Origin: an uncultured Planctomycetaceae bacterium
Lineage (GTDB): Bacteria; Planctomycetota; Planctomycetia; Isosphaerales; Isosphaeraceae
Reading direction: 5' to 3'
DNA length: 64,000 bases
Assembly (NCBI GenBank): GCA_963833985.1
Contig: CAWIAD010000002.1
Coordinates: 64,001-128,000 of the forward strand
Under the pieces are notes generated by a model, which was not told the DNA's origin, ran no database searches, and saw nothing but the letters and a program-made list of their open reading frames with translations. This document shows positions 58,685-64,000 of this stretch, piece after piece. Every line of letters starts with the position of its first letter. Position 1 is the first letter of the stretch. The translations under genes and the position numbers were made by a program.

Positions 58685-60363
58685 TCAGAGCATGGGAAGC
58701 TCAAGCTTCTGCTCGCCGGCGATCTTGCGCAGCTTGTCGACTCCCCGCGATTCAATCTGGCGGACGCGCTCCTTGGTGATGCCCAGCTCGCGGCCGAGCT
58801 GCTCGAGCGTCCGTTCCGCGGCACCGCCCAGGCCGAACCGGCTGGTGATGATGAGCCGCTCGCGGTCGTCCAGGCGGTCGAGCATGCCCTTGATGGCTTC
58901 CTGCATCCGCTTCAGGGCACTCTCGTATTCATGCTCGTCGGTGCGGTTGTCGGCCGCGGCCTCGAACATCTCCTCGTGGCCGGTGACGAAGCGGTCGCGG
59001 CGATAGTTCTCCTCGGGGATGGTTCGCGCGAAGTTTTTCATGATCGCCCACGAGGCATACGTGCTGAACTTGTTGCCACGTGCGTAATCGAACTTCTCGA
59101 CCGCGCGGATCAGGCTCATGTTGCCGTCGGAGACCAGCTCGAAGAAGTTGTTCGAGGGTCCCACGTGCCGCTTGGCGATGGACACCACCAGCCGCAGGTT
59201 GGACCGGATCACCTGGTTCTTGACGCCCAGCGCGGCTTCCTGCAATTCCTCGATGCGGTCGAGGTCCGAGGTGCGGGCACGGGTCGGGTCAATCGTTTCG
59301 CGCAGCTTCTGGGCCTGGTACTTGAGGAAGTTCATCTGCCGGAACAGGTGGGCTTCCTGACCGCGATCAAGCAGTGGCACCTCGTAAAGGCTTGCCAGAT
59401 AGGGCGGCAGACCCTTGGGGGCGCGGGCCGGCGCGGGGCTTTGCCGTCCGCCGGCTGGGGCAAAGGCGCCATGATCTCGGCCTCCGCCGCGGGGTCCTCG
59501 AAGCTGGGGTTGGCGATGTACTCGAGCTTGGTCTCGAGGATGCGCCGGGCGCGGAATTCATTGATCAGGCGGTAGATGCTTGACCGGGTGCGGCCGAACT
59601 GCGTGGCCAGCACATCCACCGAGACGCCCATGCGGTGACGGCGGTAGATCTGGGTCTTGGCATCGTCGTCCAGGGGTGCCGTCGCGGGCGCGAAGATGGC
59701 CCGCTCCGGATGCTCCCGGTCATAGCTCTTCAGGGTCAATCGTATGGTTTCCGTAGAACGTGTCATCTTGCGTGCGATCCTCCGCGCGACCTCGACCAGA
59801 CCAACCTGGCCCGGGCGGAAAAGAGCCATCCGACGAGCGCGGCGAATGATTTCGTCCCGCTCCGCGTCGGTCAATTGCCGGAACCTGGATCCGCGTTCGA
59901 CCTGTGCCTGATGGGCCGTGACGAACCGCGCGAGGCTCGATTCCAGGAACCCCACCTTGGTACGGCCGTCCATCACGAACCGGCGTGCGACGAGTCCCTG
60001 GCGGCGCCAGCGGGTCACGGTCCGGGTGGAGACGTTGTACCGCCGGCCCACCTCGGCCACGGTGAGCACCGGCTCACTGGCCTGCTCTACGGCCTGCCGG
60101 ACCGTGTCCGAAAGGTCCTCCACGAACAGCCGCAGATCGTGCTGGACGTCACCGCCGTCGAGCACCAGCGCCGGCCATGCGTCGGGCCGGTAACCGGTGA
60201 TCCGGAAGCACAGGTAATCGTAAGGGTATTGCTTTCCCGGCTCGATCTCACCAAGCAGTTGCTCGGCGCGCTCCACCTGCTGGAGCCGGCGATCCTTGGG
60301 GGCGTACCGGGTCTGCTGGTCCTTGAGTTGTTTCATCCCGGGATGACGATACGTCTTCGACAT
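58685..60363 (-). CDS. Sigma-70 factor (RpoD/RpoH-like C-terminal half) with long N-terminal multi-HTH extension; frameshift near 59420
   Basis: SNLRLVVSIAK, LVSDGNMSLIRAVEKFDY.RGNKFSTYASWAI, TLEQLGRELGITKERVRQIE; joined reading APKGLPPYLASLYEVPLL. Confidence 0.88.
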
Positions 60364-61184
60364 CCTCAAACTCCCATCACATGGGCACCGGCCCCACCCT
60401 GCCATCGCCGCAATCACGACTGAGCTGGCAACCGCCCCGGCCTTCAATCATCCGGTCAGCGCTCCTGTCATTCGCCCGCAGACCCCGCGGACTCCAGGCT
60501 GGTATGACCGAACGTATTCGTTGGCCCAAATGATTTATTTCCTGACGATTCAGTCGAGAAAGTCCTCCGACCGGCGACGCCGTCTCCCGCTTCCTTGCCC
60601 GTGAATGTCCTGCACTCTCCGGCCGGCCCGACACTCCCCCACAATAGAGTACGACAGCGGGGAGGCCCTGGCTCACACGCGTTCCAGCGAACTGGACCAG
60701 TTCACCTTTCTTGAGACGCCGCCCGGGCCTCGAAGGTTCTCCTGAGACCGCAAGACACACCACAATCCCAGTGGTGTCCGAAATCGGACATTGCTTCGTT
60801 ATCGTTCCAGTATCCTCACTGTCTTGACGTCCTTTCTTCTCACTACCAAAAAGCATGCCAGCTGTTCAGCAATCCCGTCTCACCCGCACGGCAAGGCTCC
60901 CGAGCGACTCTTTTGTGGCCTCGATTCCATACCGGCCGTTGCTGCGTATCTCTCGGTTCAAACACCTGTTTCAAACAGACGTTTCAGATGCGGAAGTTGT
61001 TCGCGCTGGATTTTCATATTTTTTGGACGGGGCGATTTTTTCGAACGAGAGCGGATCGCCGCAGACGGCCACTCTGGCTGGATTCCAGGCAACAATGCCA
61101 AATTGACAGTTTCCCCGCTCTATGTTACTGCCGCCAGGAATGCCGAAGGTGCTGCGAAACCAAACATCGGCGCGAGGAGCGATC

Positions 61185-62645
61185 ATGGATTTGATCGTGG
61201 GTCGACGATTGCAAGCACTTATTGTATTTCTTGCGAGCCTTTCCTTCTACTGTCCCTCCACTGACGGGGCTGAGGCGGAAGAGCCAGTCACCCTGCGTGA
61301 GACGACGCCGACGGGAATGTGCACGCAGGTGCGCATCGAACTGAAGGCGGACGGGCTGTTTCAACCCAGCCTGGTACCCGGGTCATCAGCGGCCGACGCC
61401 GCGTTGCCCAGGCCTCTGGTGCTGGATGTCTCGACCAGGCTGGTCTTCGTTGAACGGCTGGTCAGCGTGCCGAGTGCCGCCGGATCCGCGGCAGGTACGC
61501 GGGTGAACCATTCCAGCTCCAGCGACCGCGGCGCCAAAGCGGCTGGTGTCAAGGCGGTACGCCATGTGATCCAGGCCGCTTCCGCAATCAACGGAGACGT
61601 GCGACCCACGGCCAGCGCCTTGAGGCCCGAACTCTCGTTGCTGGTGGCCGAGCGCGCGGAGACGGACGCGGGGGTGGTTGTGGTCAGCCCGGCTGGACCG
61701 ATGACCCGCTCTGAACTGGAACTGGTGGAGGGCCCCGGCGACCCCTTGCTGCTGGCCGAGTTCCTTCCCGACACGCCGGTGGCTCGGGGTGCAAGCTGGA
61801 AGCTGTCGCGGGCTGCCGCGCTGGCGCTTTCCGGCTATGATACCGTGAAATCAAGCACACTCGAAGCCACCCTGGAGCAGTTTGACGACGCGGAGGCGCG
61901 GGTCAGGGTCAAGGGCGAGGTGGAGGGTGCCGTGCTTGGCGGCGCCGGGACGATCTCGTGCGAGGGTTACCTGAGCTTCGATCGCAAGGCAGAGCTGGTG
62001 GACCGGCTCGAGGTCAACCGCGCCGAGAAGCGTCAGCCGGGGCCGGTGGAGGCCGGTCTCGACGTCAAGAGCACACTGCGTGTGATGAGGCGACGCGTCC
62101 GGCTGGTGCCGGAGCTGAACGATCCATCGCTGGCCCAGATTTCGCTGGAGACCGGGCCCGAGCGGCGCCTGCTCCAGCTTCTTGCGCCCGACGGAACTTA
62201 CAACCTGCTGCACGACCGCCACTGGCACACCTACTGGGATGATCGCAAGCTAGTGGTTATGAAGCGCCTGGAGCAGGGAAAGGTGATCGCGCAGTGCAAC
62301 CTGGCGGCCGGACCGAACGCTGGCGCGGGAAAGCATCAGGACCTGGCCCAGTTCCGTGACGACCTGAAGCGATCGCTGAGAGACCGATTCGTGCAGTTCC
62401 TGGGTGCCGGTGAAGTGGACGGCGACCCCGCCGGTGGCTTTCGCTACAAGGTCAGCGTACAGGGCCGGGAGGGCGAGGTCGGGGTGCTCTGGCATTACTA
62501 CCTGGTGGCCAGTCCGGGCGGTGACCAGTTGCTGGCCACGTTCACCCTCGCCGCGGAGGATGCCGCGGTCTTTGGTGGTCAGGATCTGGAGCTCATCGGC
62601 TCACTCCAGTGGAACCGTCCGGTGGCAGGCCGCGGCCAGCCGTGA
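61185..62645 (+). CDS. Exported hypothetical protein
   Basis: Signal-like N-terminus after aggag; 486-aa ORF. Confidence 0.8.
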   Translation: MDLIVGRRLQALIVFLASLSFYCPSTDGAEAEEPVTLRETTPTGMCTQVRIELKADGLFQPSLVPGSSAADAALPRPLVLDVSTRLVFVERLVSVPSAAGSAAGTRVNHSSSSDRGAKAAGVKAVRHVIQAASAINGDVRPTASALRPELSLLVAERAETDAGVVVVSPAGPMTRSELELVEGPGDPLLLAEFLPDTPVARGASWKLSRAAALALSGYDTVKSSTLEATLEQFDDAEARVRVKGEVEGAVLGGAGTISCEGYLSFDRKAELVDRLEVNRAEKRQPGPVEAGLDVKSTLRVMRRRVRLVPELNDPSLAQISLETGPERRLLQLLAPDGTYNLLHDRHWHTYWDDRKLVVMKRLEQGKVIAQCNLAAGPNAGAGKHQDLAQFRDDLKRSLRDRFVQFLGAGEVDGDPAGGFRYKVSVQGREGEVGVLWHYYLVASPGGDQLLATFTLAAEDAAVFGGQDLELIGSLQWNRPVAGRGQP

Positions 62646-62851
62646 AGCCTTCCCGGTTTGTCGAAACCCGGGACGCACCGGCTTGCCCGACTGCTTCTCC
62701 GCGTACTGTCCCCGAAAAAAGTCAAGCCAGCGCCTTGCCGGATCGCATGGCCCGTCTGCTATGGTGAATACAGAGAGAGCCGGACGGGTGTGTCCGCTTG
62801 CCGCCACCAGGTTTCCCAGCGTCCAGTCGCCCGCACTGGAGACAGCCAGCC

Positions 62852-64000
62852 ATGATGACCAGCGATAAGTTCCGGCTCAATGCTGCCGGTGGTCGCGATC
62901 GATGGGCCCGGGATCCGGACCTGGATTGCTTCGCCCGGTTCCCGATCGGTTCACGGCACAGGCTGGCGCCCGCCCTGGCCGGCGTACTGGGCGTTCTGGC
63001 CGTGATGTCGTGGCAGGGCTTCAGCCCGCCGCTGGCGCGGGCTCAGCAGCCCGAACCTGGCCGCCCCGATCCGGCCGCGTCGAAGCTGGACGTGAGCCGG
63101 CATTACCGCTTCATCGAACGCTACAGTTCCACCGAAGACCCGACCCGCACGGATTTGCTCGTCCAGTACCAGGTCGGCTTCAAAGAGAAGATCCTTGTCA
63201 CTCAGGAGAAGGCACAGGGGGCCCCTGGTCAGGACCAGGTGGTCTCGCAGTGCATTTACACCGAGCGCGTGACCAAACCCGACAAGGGCCCGACCTCGGT
63301 GGTCAACGAGGTCGTGAGGCGTTACGACAAGGTCAGCTCCCGGACGTCGCTCCAGATACCCAACTTCCAGACCAAACCGCTGGAGGGACTGAAGCTCATC
63401 TACCGGCATCCGCCCCGCGGGCTGCCTCTGGTAATGTGCTTGAACTCGGGCCGGCAGCTGCGCGAGCAAGAGTATCTGGGCGTGGTGCAGGAGCCGTTCC
63501 TGCCGGCACTGGCGACGATCCTGCCGCACAAGCCCACGCGGGTGGGCGACTCGTGGCCAGTGCCGCGCGAGGCAGCCGCCACGATGCTGGGCGAGATGCC
63601 GGCGAATGAGGGCTACGACCTGACCGCGGAGCTCGAGGAGGTCCGTGCCAGCAGCACGGCTCCGTTCCTGACCGCGGTCATGGCCGTCAAGGGCCAGGCC
63701 ACGGTCACTCAGGGTCCCGCCGGCATCAATGCCCGGCTGTACTTCACCTTTGCCCCACCCCCGGAGCCGGCAGCCACGAGACCACCGGCGGAGCCCGGCA
63801 TCGCGGACGCCAGGGCCAAGGAGAAGGCCGCTGGCCCCCGCGGCGCGAGCGATTCCGCAGTCGAGGCGAAGGGGTTTCTCAGCAAGCTCTCCCTCGCTGA
63901 AGAGATCGTTCCGCCCCTGCCCGACGACAGCGATAACCGGCTGCGGCGGACGATTCGCCGCGAGCTGCTGCTGGAACGGCATACCGGCGACCAGCTCGGC
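62852..64000 (+). CDS. Exported hypothetical protein, truncated by the window end
   Basis: Open frame from ATG 62852 with signal-like LAGVLGVLAVMSW...ARAQQ; no stop seen before 64000. Confidence 0.7.
   Translation, partial: MMTSDKFRLNAAGGRDRWARDPDLDCFARFPIGSRHRLAPALAGVLGVLAVMSWQGFSPPLARAQQPEPGRPDPAASKLDVSRHYRFIERYSSTEDPTRTDLLVQYQVGFKEKILVTQEKAQGAPGQDQVVSQCIYTERVTKPDKGPTSVVNEVVRRYDKVSSRTSLQIPNFQTKPLEGLKLIYRHPPRGLPLVMCLNSGRQLREQEYLGVVQEPFLPALATILPHKPTRVGDSWPVPREAAATMLGEMPANEGYDLTAELEEVRASSTAPFLTAVMAVKGQATVTQGPAGINARLYFTFAPPPEPAATRPPAEPGIADARAKEKAAGPRGASDSAVEAKGFLSKLSLAEEIVPPLPDDSDNRLRRTIRRELLLERHTGDQLG

Overview
High-GC Planctomycetota DNA, probably Isosphaeraceae-like (inferred from the divergent EF-Tu switch-I region [16 protein letters not shown] and the gene repertoire). 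1-27 kb is accessory: WD40, ECF sigma and Ser/Thr kinase genes, a duplicated module (secreted SgcJ/DUF4440-like protein plus Gly/Tyr-rich TPR protein) interleaved with two arylsulfatases, then hemerythrin, VOC, asnB and rhomboid genes. 27.4-37 kb is a repeat-rich plastic region where single genes alternate with several families of ~100-bp hairpin repeats, GTAG-type REP-like palindromes and 'stuttered' micro-repeats; no recognisable transposase or integrase is present. 37-58.4 kb holds an MBL/beta-CASP nuclease, a UDG-family gene and the core cluster tRNA-Thr/Tyr/Gly/Thr, tuf, rpmG, tRNA-Trp, secE, nusG, rplK, rplA, rplJ, rplL, rpoB, rpoC. This cluster is interrupted twice: a PemK/MazF toxin with an unusual partner lies between rplK and rplA, and rpoB and rpoC are separated by ~1.9 kb carrying a Uma2 nuclease, with a second Uma2 after rpoC. 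58.7-64 kb has an extended sigma-70 and two exported hypothetical proteins. Six single-base frameshifts in five genes are probably sequencing indels. No CRISPR array was seen. All family calls come from motif recognition by eye; no searches were run.
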